Positions 23,467 through 38,099 of a DNA stretch of 64,000 nt are shown here, in pieces; the first letter of the stretch is position 1; the number at the start of each line of letters is the position of its first letter. The notes under the pieces are model-generated. The model saw only the letters and a program-made list of their open reading frames with translations, did not search any database and had not been told where the DNA came from. The stretch comes from Octopus sinensis (Eukaryota): positions 37,758,001 to 37,822,000 of the forward strand of contig NC_043010.1 of the NCBI RefSeq assembly GCF_006345805.1, given 5' to 3'. The translations under genes and the position numbers were made by a program.

Positions 23467-24509
23467 TTGTCTTTATTCTTTCGTCTTATCATTGAGGCTA
23501 GATTTATATTTTATCAGAATACATCAATGATTCGAAATTTGTTTATCTTCAAAGAATTGTTCTGCTAAAGATTTAATAAAAAAAAGGTAATAGTTACTTT
23601 GCATTTGCAAGATTTTCACACTCCATAATCAATATAATAATTTTTTGTGTTTTGACTTAAAATTGTTTTTATATCGAAAATTCCTGTTAGTGGAACGCTT
23701 TCAAAGTTCGTTTCAGAGTTCAGTGATGAATAATTTTTGTATGTAAAGAGAACATTTTTGAACCATCTTTTCTAGCTGTTTACATCATCTCACAACACTG
23801 CTTTACGTATTAGTCATGTATGTGAAATTAAATTTATTTCTCTTAGGAGCATCTCTGCTTTCCGCTGATGATGGAGACACACGAACGTATATTATTTTAT
23901 TCTTTTATTCTCACATTGTCTCTAGAAAATTGATACAGTGATACTACGTCTGGTGGAAGTTAGGCGTAGTTGTGTTGTTAAGAAAAATGCTTCCCAGGCA
24001 CGTGGTTTTGTGTTCAATCCCACTGCGAAGTATCTTGGGCAAGTGTCTTCTTGTATAGCCACAAGTCGACCAAATCCTTGCGAGTGGATTTCATACATAG
24101 AAACTGAAAGAAGCGCCAGTCGTATATATGTATGTGTGTGCTCGCGTGCGTGTGTGGATTTCGTCTTTGTAGTGTAATATATGGATTTATAGAACCGTGT
24201 GGCTATCACCGAAAGCTCCTCTAGCGGACCCGGCTAGCAGACTGCACAGTAATCTATTACAAAGGAATATAATACAGAGTTTTATGCAGCTGGCACCAAA
24301 GAGATCCTATCGATGAAATTATTTCATGAGGAGTATACAGGCCATAAAAAGTCAAGAGGTATGAAGTGTGAATATATTTATTTGAGAATCGAAGCATTGG
24401 TATGAATACCCATGATGTTCTAGTGATCTGATGAAGTAACTTTCAGTATCTGATTTTCTTAGACCTTGATTACAGAAACGATACCCATCTGTCCACGTAA
24501 TAATTTCTA

Positions 24510-24665
24510 GCCTTCGGCCATGAATGACCATGGCATGCATCTAGAAAGTTACCCTCCAAGGCACAAGTCTGTGCAAAGTTGCTTTATGGAAGACCAGCAG
24601 TCACCCATGCATACCAACCTCCCCTCTCTTCGCCACTGATGTTATCCAAGGGAAAGGCAAAGGCC
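24510..24665 (-). mobile_element. SINE family D 3' fragment
   Basis: CTAGAAAGTTACCCTCC...CAAGGGAAAGGCAAAGGCCGAT, shared with 47141-47440. Confidence 0.7.
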
Positions 24666-24672
24666 GATATAT

Positions 24673-25032
24673 GCGCAGGATTGGCTGTGTGGTAAGTAGC
24701 TTGCTTACAAACCACACGGTTCTGGGTTCAGTCCCACTGCGTGGCACCTTGGGCAAGTGTCTTCTGCTATAGCCTCGGGCCGACCAAAGCTTTGTGAGAC
24801 GGAAACTGAAAGAAGCTCGTCGTATACAAATATATATATGTTTGTATGTCTGTGTTTGTCCCACACCCATCGCTTGACAACCGATGTTGGTGTGTCTACG
24901 TCCCTGTAACTTAGCGGTTCGGTAATTGAAACCGATAGAATAAGTACTAGGCTTAGAAAGAATAAGTTCTGGGTCGACTTGTTCAACTAAAGGCGGTGCT
25001 CCAGCATGGCTGCAGTCAAATAACTGAAACAA
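24673..25032 (+). mobile_element. SINE family A
   Basis: Head to tail homology. Confidence 0.8.
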
Positions 25033-25049
25033 TTAATATATGCATACAT

Positions 25050-25085
<36 letters not shown>

Positions 25086-25329
25086 CACACATAGCAAAAA
25101 TATTGAATAAGGAGACGGACGCTCGGGATGTTACACCATTTATAACTTGAAGTCTTCTACATACGACTTATTATCTCGGAATTAAATCCTGATACACTTA
25201 AACAACATTTAGTTACCTATATATCTATATCTATATATCTATATCTATATATCTATATATATGCAATCCACGTTGTTAGCACATGTAGCATTATGCAAAT
25301 TAGGCAAACCGATTTAGTTGAAACCGTCT

Positions 25330-25695
25330 TTATGTTGGGGGATCAAATTCCGCCAAGGCCCACTTCGTCTTTCATCCTTTCGGGGTCGATAAAAAAAATA
25401 CTTGTTGAACACTGGTGTCGATATCATCGGGTTGGCCCCTCTCGCGAAACTGCTGGCTTTGTGCCAAGCTTTGAAACGAATATTTCAACATTTTTATTCA
25501 GGCGGCGAGCTGGCAGAATCGTTAGCACGCCGGGCACAATGCTTAGCGGCATTTCTGAGTTTGCCTTTCATCTGACTTAGCCTTTCATCCTTTCGGAGTC
25601 GATAAAATAAGTACCAGTCGTGTATTGACGTCGATGCAGTCGACTTACTCAATCCCCATAAATTGCCGGTCTTGTGCCAAAATTCGAAACCAATA
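25330..25695 (+). mobile_element. SINE family B, degenerate tandem copies
   Basis: GGCGGCGAGCTGGCAGAATCGTTAGC head at about 25501. GCCTTTCATCCTTTCGG-like core is repeated. Confidence 0.65.
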
Positions 25696-25744
25696 TTTAT
25701 TATTATTATTATTATTATTATAATTAATTATTATTATTATTATT

Positions 25745-25954
25745 CAGTAGTTTTATTTTTATAGCGTGCTTTCACTTCACTACCGAGCGCAGCTCTGTGT
25801 GCCTGGGTATGTGCTGTGTGATTGTTGTGATGCTCTGATGGTTATGTATGGAAAGTGTTCTGCGTAGGATGTGTGCAGTGCCTAGTAGTGCAATTTTCTG
25901 TATGTTATATGTGTTTGTAAGTCCTGGTGTTTTTGTTATGTATTTGTCTGAATA

Positions 25955-25961
<7 letters not shown>
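25745..25961 (-). mobile_element. Heavily 5'-truncated Dong-like LINE (last ~215 bp) inside a (TTA)n array
   Basis: Reverse complement of about 13970-14183, with TTA arrays on both sides. Confidence 0.9.
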
Positions 25962-26023
<62 letters not shown>

Positions 26024-26199
26024 GTTACCATAAAGGTTTGCTGTCGAAATGTTTATCAAAAATAGTGAATATGAGAGAATCTTTGCCGCACCCTATGAAA
26101 GAAGCAAGTACATACTCTATTATGTATGCTGTTCTGGGAACAAGCAAAGTATGATCCTGTACATCCTAATCGTTTCTAAGGCGGTAAGACGTGATTTGT

Positions 26200-26369
26200 G
26201 GCAGGCATGGTTGTGTATTTAAGAGGTTCGCCTCATCCTGGAAATAAACGAAGTGATGGTTCCGGTATCAGTCCCACTTTGTGGCAACCTGGGCAAGTGT
26301 CTTCTACTATAGCTTCGGGCCGACCAAAGCCTTGTGAGTGGATTTGGTAGAAACTGAAAGAAGCCCGTC

Positions 26370-26370
<1 letters not shown>
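26200..26370 (+). mobile_element. SINE family A, head part (a matching tail part lies at about 26985-27180)
   Basis: GGTTCCGGTATCAGTCCC...GGGCAAGTGTCTTC...GAAAGAAGCCCGTCG. Confidence 0.65.
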
Positions 26371-26439
<69 letters not shown>

Positions 26440-27840
26440 GTAATTGGTCAGTTTTGGAATATTTAAAAAATAGAAGAAAATTAAGGGGGAGATAACTAGT
26501 AAAGCCTAAATGGTGTGTACACTCACGGAGTGATTGCATATGAAGACAGTTTCGCTGATCCTTCAAATAGGGACATTCACACACAAAATGTTGAAAATAT
26601 GCGGATGCGTGTGAAACGGAAACTACGACATCAATTTGGGGCATCAGATGAAATGTTTGTGTCCTATTAACACAAATTCATATGGCGTAATTCCATAGAG
26701 AACAAGACATTTCTTCACTTTTCGGTTGCTATATCCAGTATTTATGTTAACAGTAGATTGACTTATTTCTGTCCCTTTACTAGTTATCTCCCCCTTAATT
26801 TTTATTTGCTTTTTTAATATCCCTAAACTGAACAATTATCATATATATATAAATAAATAAATATATATATATATATATATATAAATACACACATACATAC
26901 ACACACACATATACACATATATATATATATATATAAACACACACACGCAGATATATATACATATATACACACACATATATATATGTTTGTGTGTCTGTGA
27001 CTGTCACCCCTGCCATCGCTTGACATCCGATGTTGGTGTGTTTATGTCCCCGTAACTTGGCAGTTCAGCAAAAGAGACCGATAGAATATGTACTAGGCTT
27101 ACAAAGAATAAGTCCTGGAGTCGATTTCTTCGACTAAAAGACGGTGCTCCAGTATGGCCGCATTCAAATGACTGATCCAAATAATAAAAACAATGAACCA
27201 AATAATAAAAACAATGTATTATACGGGGGCGGGGAGGGCGGAAATCAGCTGATGCCAAAACCGTGCAAACCGAGTACCGCGTAAAAATGAGTGACAACCC
27301 TAATTTATTTTTATTCGAACAAGAGAAGATGAAAAGCGAATGTTAATCTCGAACCTGGCGAAACTTGAACTCAGGGAAACAGTAAACAAATTCTTCGAAA
27401 CAGTTTGTTCTTCACTCTAACTCCGGACATGTTTCGTATTTTTGTTTTTGTTTTTGTTTTCTCTCTCTCTCTTTCTTTTTCTTCTTCTTATTTTCAAAAG
27501 ATTTCTTGAGCAATGCAGCAGAGTCAATCACATATCTGTAAGATCAATTGTGATGAGAAATATTTATACATATACAAACGTGCACCATATTCTGGTATGA
27601 CAAAACAAGCGCAAATACCTTAAAGGAATATCCACTCGCATGGAAGATAAATAGTGAAATGAGTGCTAACTTTACTTAGTGTGCCCGATCATGGTGATAA
27701 ACTTTAATTAATCGAGACTACATAGGTGTATTCTATTACGGATAACCTGGGGCTTACACAACAATAAACAGTCACATATGAACTTATTCTGTAACTATTT
27801 TTGCCACATTTTATTGATTGCGTATGTACATGTGTGCGTG

Positions 27841-27876
<36 letters not shown>

Positions 27877-27956
27877 ATATCATGTATATGTATTTATATA
27901 TATATATGTAAATGTATATGTATGTACATATATATATACATACGTATTTATATATA

Positions 27957-27993
<37 letters not shown>

Positions 27994-28049
27994 GTATATA
28001 TAAATATAAAAATATGTACATATATATATAAGTATATATATATATATAC

Positions 28050-28116
<67 letters not shown>

Positions 28117-28122
28117 ATATAT

Positions 28123-28193
<71 letters not shown>

Positions 28194-28819
28194 CACACAT
28201 ACATAGACATGTATATATGCATATATGGGTATATATATTTATAAGTGTGTGTGTGTATATGTTGTGTTTTGCTGGATTTTAGAGTTTGTTCTTTTATGTG
28301 TTTCACTATTGTCTCAGATGTTTCTTTCAGCTATTGTATCTGCTGCGTGCATTGGGTATTTTTAATAGCTAAACATGTTGTTACCTGTCTCGGCTACGAT
28401 GTCGTCTGCCGATCAAGATCGTCTTCACTGATCGCCTTCACTTTCCATTTGTTTTCTCTTCTAATTGCCTGAACGATGTATATTGTCTAGATGTATCTGA
28501 TAACTGTTTTGTTTTAGCTAAATCAGTGTTATTTATCTGCTAAATTGTGTTAACTTTTCACGTGAGTTCTCCGTATGTTAGTATATTTTTATATACTTTT
28601 TGTAGAAGTTGTTAACCTTTACTATTTATGTTTGTTTATTTAGTTATGTCGGCTGCCATGTGTGTTAACTACTAGTTATTGTTCAAATCGAACAGTGATC
28701 AAAAGCGTTCAAACCAAGACCATCCTGTCTTTTCGTATAATCTAGGATTGCATTGCATAATGTTTCATTTTTCTTACGTGACACTAGGTCTGAATTTGAG
28801 GGAAATTTACTTGCTACAT

Positions 28820-29220
28820 AGGCGCAGGAGTGGCTGTGTGGTAAGTAGCTTGCTAACCAACCACATGGTTCCGGGTTCAGTCCTACTGCGTGGCATCTTG
28901 GGCAAGTGTCTTCTGCTATAGCCCCGGGCCGACCAATGCCTTGTGAGTGGATTTGGTAGACGGAAACTGAAAGAAGCCTGTCGTATATATGTATGTGTGT
29001 GTTTGTGTGTCTGTGTTTGTCCCCCTAGCATTGCTTGACAACCGATGCTGGTGTGTTTACGTCCCCGTCACTTAGCGGTTTGGCAAAAGAGACCGATGGA
29101 ATAAGTACTGGGCTTACAAAGAATAAGTCCTGGGATCGATTTGCTCGACTAAAGGCGGTGCTCCAGCATGGCCGCAGTCAAATGACTGAAACAAGTAAAA
29201 GAGTAAAGAGTAAAGAGAGT
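28820..29220 (+). mobile_element. SINE family A, full length
   Basis: Complete head and (GAGTAAA)n tail. Confidence 0.88.
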
Positions 29221-29307
29221 TATTACTATAGAGTGACCGGTTAAGCTACGCTTGTTGTGTATTTGAAGATGGTGGAATTCAGCCAACAAGAAGCTTGAGA
29301 AAGTTGG

Positions 29308-29520
29308 GTGGATCAACATACAGCAGCAGAAGATCACTTGGTTAGATCTCTAGTGCATCAGGTTTTTTTTATCGAAGTTGTCACGGATACATTACCAAGT
29401 CTGACAAACCTTCATATATGGGTAAAGAGTGAAGCACCTACCTCTCCTTTGTGTACTGAAATGGAGTCCCTTCAACATCTCCTCAGAGCCTTGGCTGATG
29501 GCCGCTGCCGCTGGCGACAT
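29308..29520 (+). pseudogene. HERO/NeSL-like RLE LINE fragment (zinc-knuckle region)
   Basis: TDTLPSLTNLHIWVKSEAPTSPLCTEMESLQHLLRALADGRCRWRHD resembles the YDxLPSPxNL...CPLC...L.H...GRYxWRHD motif. Confidence 0.65.
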
Positions 29521-29984
29521 GATATATATATATCAAGGTGTTTGCGGAAATGATAACAACAGCTATCAATTCAAAAAAAAAAAAAAAAACTCCGGCAAGA
29601 AGGCCATCACTTTTCTCAGATTGGGCAAGTCGCTTCTGTTATACTCTTGGGCCCACCAATGCCTTGTGAGCGAGTTTGGTAGGCAAAAACTGTGGAATAT
29701 ATATGTGTATGTGTACGTGTGTGCGTGTATATGATGTGTGTGTGATTATATACGTATGTGTGTCTGTGTTGGTTTGTCTACCACACTTCTTGACAACCGG
29801 TGTTGTTTTGTTCACATCCCCGTAACTTAGCGGTTCGGTAAAGGAGACTGATAGAATAAGTACCAAACCAGGAAAAAAAACTGTACGAGGTCGGTCGGCA
29901 GATTTATTCGACTAAAATCCTTAAAATCGCCCCCAACGTGGCGCAATCCGGTGACTAAGACAAGTGTAACAGGTGGTTTTGTTC

Positions 29985-30133
29985 ATTATTTAGATTATTT
30001 ATATTCGACGAATATTTGTCCTCATCTTGTTTCTTGTTAACACATCGTTTCGGCTGATCTACCCTCCAGCCTTCATCAGGTGCCGTGGGAAAATTTCTAA
30101 CCTGGGTTCTCATTCCTAAGGTATTTTTCGATG
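29985..30133 (-). mobile_element. Body of an HHR-bearing non-autonomous element, 3' part of the element split by the Dong-like LINE
   Basis: Minus strand GGCAC-CUGAUGA-A-GGCUG/CAGCC-GAAACG(A)U-GUGUU. Homologous to 62856-63002. Confidence 0.7.
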
Positions 30134-30168
30134 TTATTATTATTATTATTATTATCATTATTATTATT

Positions 30169-31785
30169 CAGTAGTTTTATTTTTATTTTTATAGCGTGCT
30201 TTCACTTCACTACCGAGCGCAGCTCTGTGTGCCTTGGGTATGTGCTGTGATTTGTTGTGATGCTCTGATGGTTATTGTATGGAAAGTGTTCTGCGTAGGA
30301 TGTGTGCAGTGCCTAGTAGTGCAATTTTCTGTATGTTATATGTGTTTGTAAGTCCTGGTGTTTTTGTTATGTATTTGTCTGAATATTTTTTTATCATGCC
30401 TAATGCACCTACTATGATAGGAATTGTTTCTGTTTTCAGATTCCACATTCTAGTTACCTCTATTTCCAGGTCTTTGTATTTTGAGAGTTTCTCCATTTCT
30501 TTTAGAGACACGTTTTCATCAGCCGGTATTGATACATCAATTAGAAAGCATTTTTTTCTTCATGGTCTCTGACAACTATATCTGGTCTGTTGGCCTTAAT
30601 TTCTCTATCTGTGTGTATCGGCATATCCCAGAGTATGGTTGCTTTCTCGTTTTCTGTGACCTTTTCTGGTGTGTGCCTATACCATCTTTTTTCTGTTGTT
30701 ATTCCATAATGTTGGCATAGCTTCCAATGTATGTAGGTTCCAACTCTGTCATGTCTGTGAATATATTCCTTCTTAGCCAGGACTGGCAGCTAGAGATAAT
30801 ATGATTTATTGTTTCTTGTCCATCTCCACATATTCTGCAGTTACTTGTAATATTTCTTTTCATTACATGTTTTTGGTAATTTCTGGTGGGAGGCTTTGGT
30901 CTTGTGCTGCAATTAAAAATCCCTCTGTTTCTGCTTTGAGTCCTGAGCTTCTCAACCATTGCTGGGATTTTTCTTTGTCTATTTCTTTTGCGTTTAGTTT
31001 AGTGCAGTATTTACCATGAAGGGGCTTTTCTTGCCATCGTTTTATCATGGTTCGTTGCTGTTTATTTTTAGTTTGGATTTCATTGGTTTTATAGCTTTTG
31101 TTGTTTCTTCATCTTCTTCTTCTTCTTCATGTTTATTAGGTGGTATGATTTCTTGTTTGTATTTGTCAGCTTCCTTAAATACTGAGAACAGTTTTTTGTT
31201 TTGCTCGTGTTTTGCCGCTATCTGAATCAGTTTTCCTTCCTTTGAAGTAGATATTTTTGCAGTCCTATGGTGGTTATTTTATAGTAGTTTTCCAGCTGTA
31301 TAAGGCCTCTACCACCTTCTATACGTTGTATATATAGTCTTTCTATGTCAGATTTTGGGTGATGCATCCTAGATCCTGTCATTATTTTTCTTGTTTTCCT
31401 ATCTATTTTGGTCAGTTCATTTCGTGTCCAGTTAAGGATATTGTAGCTGTAACTTATAACTGGGACAGCTAAAGTGTTGATACCTATTATCTTGTTTTTG
31501 GCATTGAGCTCTGTGTTTAGTATTGATCTAACTCGTCTATAATATTCTTTTTTTATTTTCTCTTTCATTTGTGTGTGTTGTGTCTTATCTAGTTCATGGA
31601 TTCCTAAGTATTTGTAAGTTTGGCTTTGGTCTAATTCTTTTATTTCATTGGTTTTATCTAGTGTGATGTTGTTACTCTTAACTAGTTTTCCTCTTTTCAT
31701 GGTTACTTTGGCGCATTTTTCTAATCCAAATTTCATATCTATTTCATATCTATTATTTCATATCTATTATTTTTAATTTCATATC

Positions 31786-31788
<3 letters not shown>
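30169..31788 (-). mobile_element. 5'-truncated R4/Dong-like LINE inside a (TTA)n array
   Basis: Near-identical to about 12610-14183, with TTA arrays at 30134-30168 and 31786-31873. Confidence 0.92.
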
Positions 31789-31822
<34 letters not shown>

Positions 31823-31873
31823 TTATTATTATTATTATATTATTATTATTATTATTATATTATTATTATTATT

Positions 31874-31941
31874 CAGGTCACTGCTTGGAATCGAACTCGG
31901 AATCTTGGGGTTAGTAGACCGCGCTCTTAACCACTACGCCA
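31874..31941 (-). mobile_element. tRNA-derived (tRNA-Ser-like) Pol III head
   Basis: A box TGGCGTAGTGG and B box GAGTTCGATTCC. It runs directly into (TAA)n and has no tRNA acceptor stem. Confidence 0.7.
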
Positions 31942-33093
31942 TGTGCCCGTGGGCATAAGGCGTCGAATGTAAATGATGTAAATAATGTAAATAATGTACA
32001 TAATTCCTCATCTCTTAAATATAGGTGTCTTTGTTGCTTATCTCAAATAGAAGCATTAGCTATTTACCTTATCCACATGTAGCAATTTATTTCAAATAAA
32101 AGAGTTAGCTACTTGTTTCAGCTACATGAAGTAGCAATTTATTTCCATTATACAAGTATTTCCTCTGATTGCATTTCTTTATTATTTATCTCAAATAAAA
32201 TTGCAGTTATTTCTTTCCAGCTATTTTATAGACTCATGTCCTTTAACCCTAGGTCAGTCCACACCGGACAGACCTATGATATACAGTTATCTCGATCATA
32301 AACATTCCATCGTATCTCATTTAATCCATCTTTCTCTTGGGAATTGCGAGTCATTCATTGGTGTCCTTCTTTTCACATGACAGCAACGGGCAATTTGAAG
32401 TATATTTAGCTGTTATTACAAGCCGGTTGAGTAACAGCGTAATACTATAGGCTTCCTCGTTGGAAACGTCGCAGCTTTTTTAATTTAGTGCCAAGTGTAA
32501 GCGTTGTTTTTGGTCGCGGATTATATAAAAGTTGAAGTAACGATTTGTAAATAAAGTAATTAAGTGTTATGGTTATTGCTGTTGTTGTTGTTGTTGGTTG
32601 GTTGTGGTTGCGGTTGCGGTTGTGGTGGTAGAGGGAGAGGTGGTAATGTTACTCTAAATCAGACTTAATTAAATGCAGTAAATAATGCCATCTCATTAAC
32701 TTTAGACATCACTTAGGTCTCACAAGAAAAAGAAAGAAAAAAAAGAAAAGAAAAAGGAAAAAAAAAATTACAGCTCCCGAAGGATGCTGACAACAGCATT
32801 CTCAAAGAAGCTATTGCCGTTCTGCTTGTAGTTGTGGTTCTTGTTCTTGTGGTGGCGGAGGCGGGTGGTGATGGTAGTGGTGGTGGTGGTCGTCGTCGTG
32901 CTGGTAGTCGTCGTCGTCGTCGTCGTCGTCATAGTATTGGTGATTGCAGAGATGGGATTGTTAGGGTGGGGGTTGATGTAGCGATGTCATTGTTTCATGA
33001 TCGAGTATGCACATTTAAAGCTTTATATATGTAACTACTTTATTCTGATTATATATACGAATGTGTGCGTGTGTGTGCGTATGCGCGTGTATA

Positions 33094-33150
<57 letters not shown>

Positions 33151-33212
33151 ATATTACGTGCGTGTGTGATATATATATGTTATGTGTATATATGTATATG
33201 TGTGTATATATG

Positions 33213-33253
<41 letters not shown>

Positions 33254-33443
33254 ATAATACACACACACATATACACAGACGTCTACAGACATACATTCAT
33301 ACTAAGATACACTAATACACCAACATATATATGAATATATAAATATAAAATATATAGATATATATACATATAGATATGTATATAAAAATATGTATAATAA
33401 AATGTATATATATATATGTATATATATTATGTATATATATATG

Positions 33444-33498
<55 letters not shown>

Positions 33499-33607
33499 TA
33501 TATAATATATATATATACCTATATGATATTTGTGTATGCCAGTCTGTCGGTTTAAAGGACTGTGTATATATGAATTTGTGAGTACATTTATGTTTGGCTG
33601 TCCTTAC

Positions 33608-33643
<36 letters not shown>

Positions 33644-33886
33644 GCACACACACACACACACACACATACGCCTACAGGTATATGTATAATGTTTATATAC
33701 ACTAACACACACACACAAACACACACTCTTGACTTTATGTCCGAGTATTTTATGTCTTGCCATTTGCTTCGTTTATTATAATCATCACCGTTTTGTTATG
33801 AACGTCGTTATATCGTGAAGCATAAATTTGTTGAAATAGCATTTTTTGACAACCAATTTTCGCATTGGTGGAAAAATGAAAATTGT

Positions 33887-33970
33887 TCACTTAATATTAA
33901 CCTACTAATCAATTAATTAATTTTTATCTATTTTCCTCGCAATTTATTATCTATCTATCTATCTATCTAG

Positions 33971-34054
<84 letters not shown>

Positions 34055-34185
34055 ACTATACTATACTATACTAACTAGTTATTTACTTACACACACACAG
34101 GAATACATACATACATACATGCATACGTATCTACTTATTTACACTTCTAGCTACGTAACTATATAACTACCAACCAATCATCCCA

Positions 34186-34235
<50 letters not shown>

Positions 34236-34238
34236 CTA

Positions 34239-34270
<32 letters not shown>

Positions 34271-34430
34271 CGTACGTACATACATACATACATACATACA
34301 TACATAATGTACGCAGGCATATCTGTTTGTCAACATATTCACATACCTACCTACCTACTAATTTTACCTATGCAAACACCCATCCACCATCCATCCATCC
34401 AGCCAGCCAGCCAGCCAGCCAGCCATCTCG
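33887..34430. repeat. Cluster of (TCTA)n, (CT)n, (TACA)n and (CCAG)n microsatellites
   Basis: Directly visible. Confidence 0.85.
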
Positions 34431-35069
34431 AATGAAAACAATGAACTGTGAAGCATGGGTTATAAGAGCCTATAGATCTTTATGGTTCTTGTTCAAATCA
34501 TAAGGAATACATATGGACCCTATGCCAACACTAATCAAGAAGAATTTGGGCATTCTTCTCGGCAAAATTCCTTTTAGTGGCACCGTCGAACTCTTTTACT
34601 CATCAAATACCGAGCGCAATGCTGAAAAAAATTGATAATAGGGCCCATCCAATGGATCCTTCTATCTACTACCTATTACTAATATTTTATTTAAACAAAA
34701 CCAAGTGAAATAACCCATACCACCTGCAGTTTTTAGCGAATGCGATCAATATTTGATTCTCACGATCAGTGAACCTAATTCTGCATTTCCCTACTCACAG
34801 TTTTGAACTGCTAAACAATATTATTGCACTTCCTTAATTTGAATCTCTTCATTCATACATTTCTATACATACATACTTTTTTCAATGCCTATTACTCCGA
34901 TAATTCTGCATTTTTACAGTTACACATTCCTCATGACAGTAGATTATTTTTTACCACAACGTATTTGTAGTGGCTTCATGCAGGCATAGCGTAGATTCGA
35001 TCCTCGATTGCCAAATTTCACTTAACACTTCAACAGCGCTTTTCTCACAGTAAAACAATAGTTTTTCTG

Positions 35070-35255
35070 TGAACGACAACCTCTCTCACCAACCTTCGAA
35101 TACCTCTCTCGGCAACCTCCGACAACCTCTGACGATCTCTCTTGCCAAACTCCGATAACCTCTCTCGCCAACCTCCGACAACCTCTCTCACCAACCTCCG
35201 ACAATCTTTTTCACTAAACTCCTGAAACCTCCTTCACCAACCTCCAACAATCTCT
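35070..35255. repeat. Degenerate ~23-bp minisatellite (ACAACCTCTCTCGCCAACCTCCG)
   Basis: About 8 imperfect units are visible. Confidence 0.75.
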
Positions 35256-35455
35256 CCCTCCTTCAGCTGACAGTTGTTGTACTTTTTCGCGAAGGAAAAT
35301 ACACCTTTTGTGACAGTTATAACGAAATTGCTTTCTTATACCAGAGTAATAAGGCGTCCCAATAGAACATCTTTACCCCGGGAATTACCGAACACCAGCT
35401 AGTATATATATTATATATATATATATAATGTGTGTGTGTGGTGTGTGTATAGGCG

Positions 35456-35527
<72 letters not shown>

Positions 35528-35547
35528 TTATAATATGTATACATATA

Positions 35548-35730
35548 CTCTTTTACTTGTTCAGTCATTTGACTGTGGCCATACTAGAGCACCGCCTTTA
35601 GTCGTGCAAATCGACCTCAGGACGTATTCTTTGTAAGCCTAGTACTTATTCTATCGGTCTGTTTTGCCGAACCGCTAAGTTCCGATGCTGGGGCGTAAAC
35701 GCACCAGCATCAGTTGTCAAGCGATGTTGG
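35548..35730 (-). mobile_element. SINE family A tail fragment
   Basis: TTTTACTTGTTCAGTCATTTGACTGTGGCC... Confidence 0.75.
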
Positions 35731-35949
35731 GGGTGGGGGAGAATTAACATGCGAAAAAAAAAATAGCATTCAATGTTGTCTGGATGTACAGTATAGACCC
35801 TTCCGAATGCATCGCCTTTCTTAATTACAGGCCATCCTTCAACATCTTTCCCTCTTGCCCTCCTCTTCCACATCTTATTAGTTTGAATCCATGTATAGAA
35901 GTTTGGGATTTGTTGGTAGAATGATGTTGCAGCAAATGAATCCCGATTA

Positions 35950-37500
<1,551 letters not shown>

Positions 37501-37503
37501 GGA

Positions 37504-37603
37504 NNNNNNNNNNNNNNNNNNNNNNNNNNNNNNNNNNNNNNNNNNNNNNNNNNNNNNNNNNNNNNNNNNNNNNNNNNNNNNNNNNNNNNNNNNNNNNNNN
37601 NNN
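37504..37603. other. Assembly gap (100 N)
   Basis: Run of exactly 100 N, probably a placeholder of unknown true size. Confidence 0.99.
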
Positions 37604-38019
37604 AAAAAAGTCCCAGTAATAAAGTTACAGGAAAAAATGTCACAGGGGTTTTGTCCGGGGGAGAGGGGGTTGTCCGAGGGGGTTTGTCCGGATCCCATAA
37701 ATTAATTGTGACTTTTTTTCCTGTGACTTTATTGCCGGCCACCATAAATCAATTGTGACTTTTTTTTCTGTAACTTAATTACCGGCTACCATAAATTAAT
37801 TGTAATTTTTTTTTCCTAGCCAAAATTGTAACTTTATTACTGTGAGGTTTTTTTCTTGAGACTTTATTACCAGTCACTGCAAGAAACAGTTACGTTTTTT
37901 TTTTTCTCTAGCATGTTGCATAGTTCAACCTACACGAGTTAATGTTTGAAAAATAAAGTAGGAATTTTGAAAGAAGTTTGTATAAAATTAGTTTTTAAGC
38001 ATCGAATTGCTACGGGGGT

Positions 38020-38080
38020 CCACCAGAATAAAAAGTAATCAAAGGGATCCATAGATGAAAAAAATGGCTGAGAACCCCTG
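38020..38080. mobile_element. hAT-type MITE terminus
   Basis: Ends GGCTGAGAACCCCTG, the reverse complement of a CAGGGGTTCTCA-type TIR. No partner TIR was located. Confidence 0.45.
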
Positions 38081-38099
38081 CCTTAACTGATGAAGCCAG

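Noticed and set aside
23285-23540. ~70-bp direct repeat flanking a (CA)n tract
   Set aside because: A diverged local duplication with no element hallmarks, too long for a TSD and of little interest.
26500-26640. HFVCECPYLKDQR as a LINE zinc-knuckle remnant
   Set aside because: The match is too short to support a call without a search.
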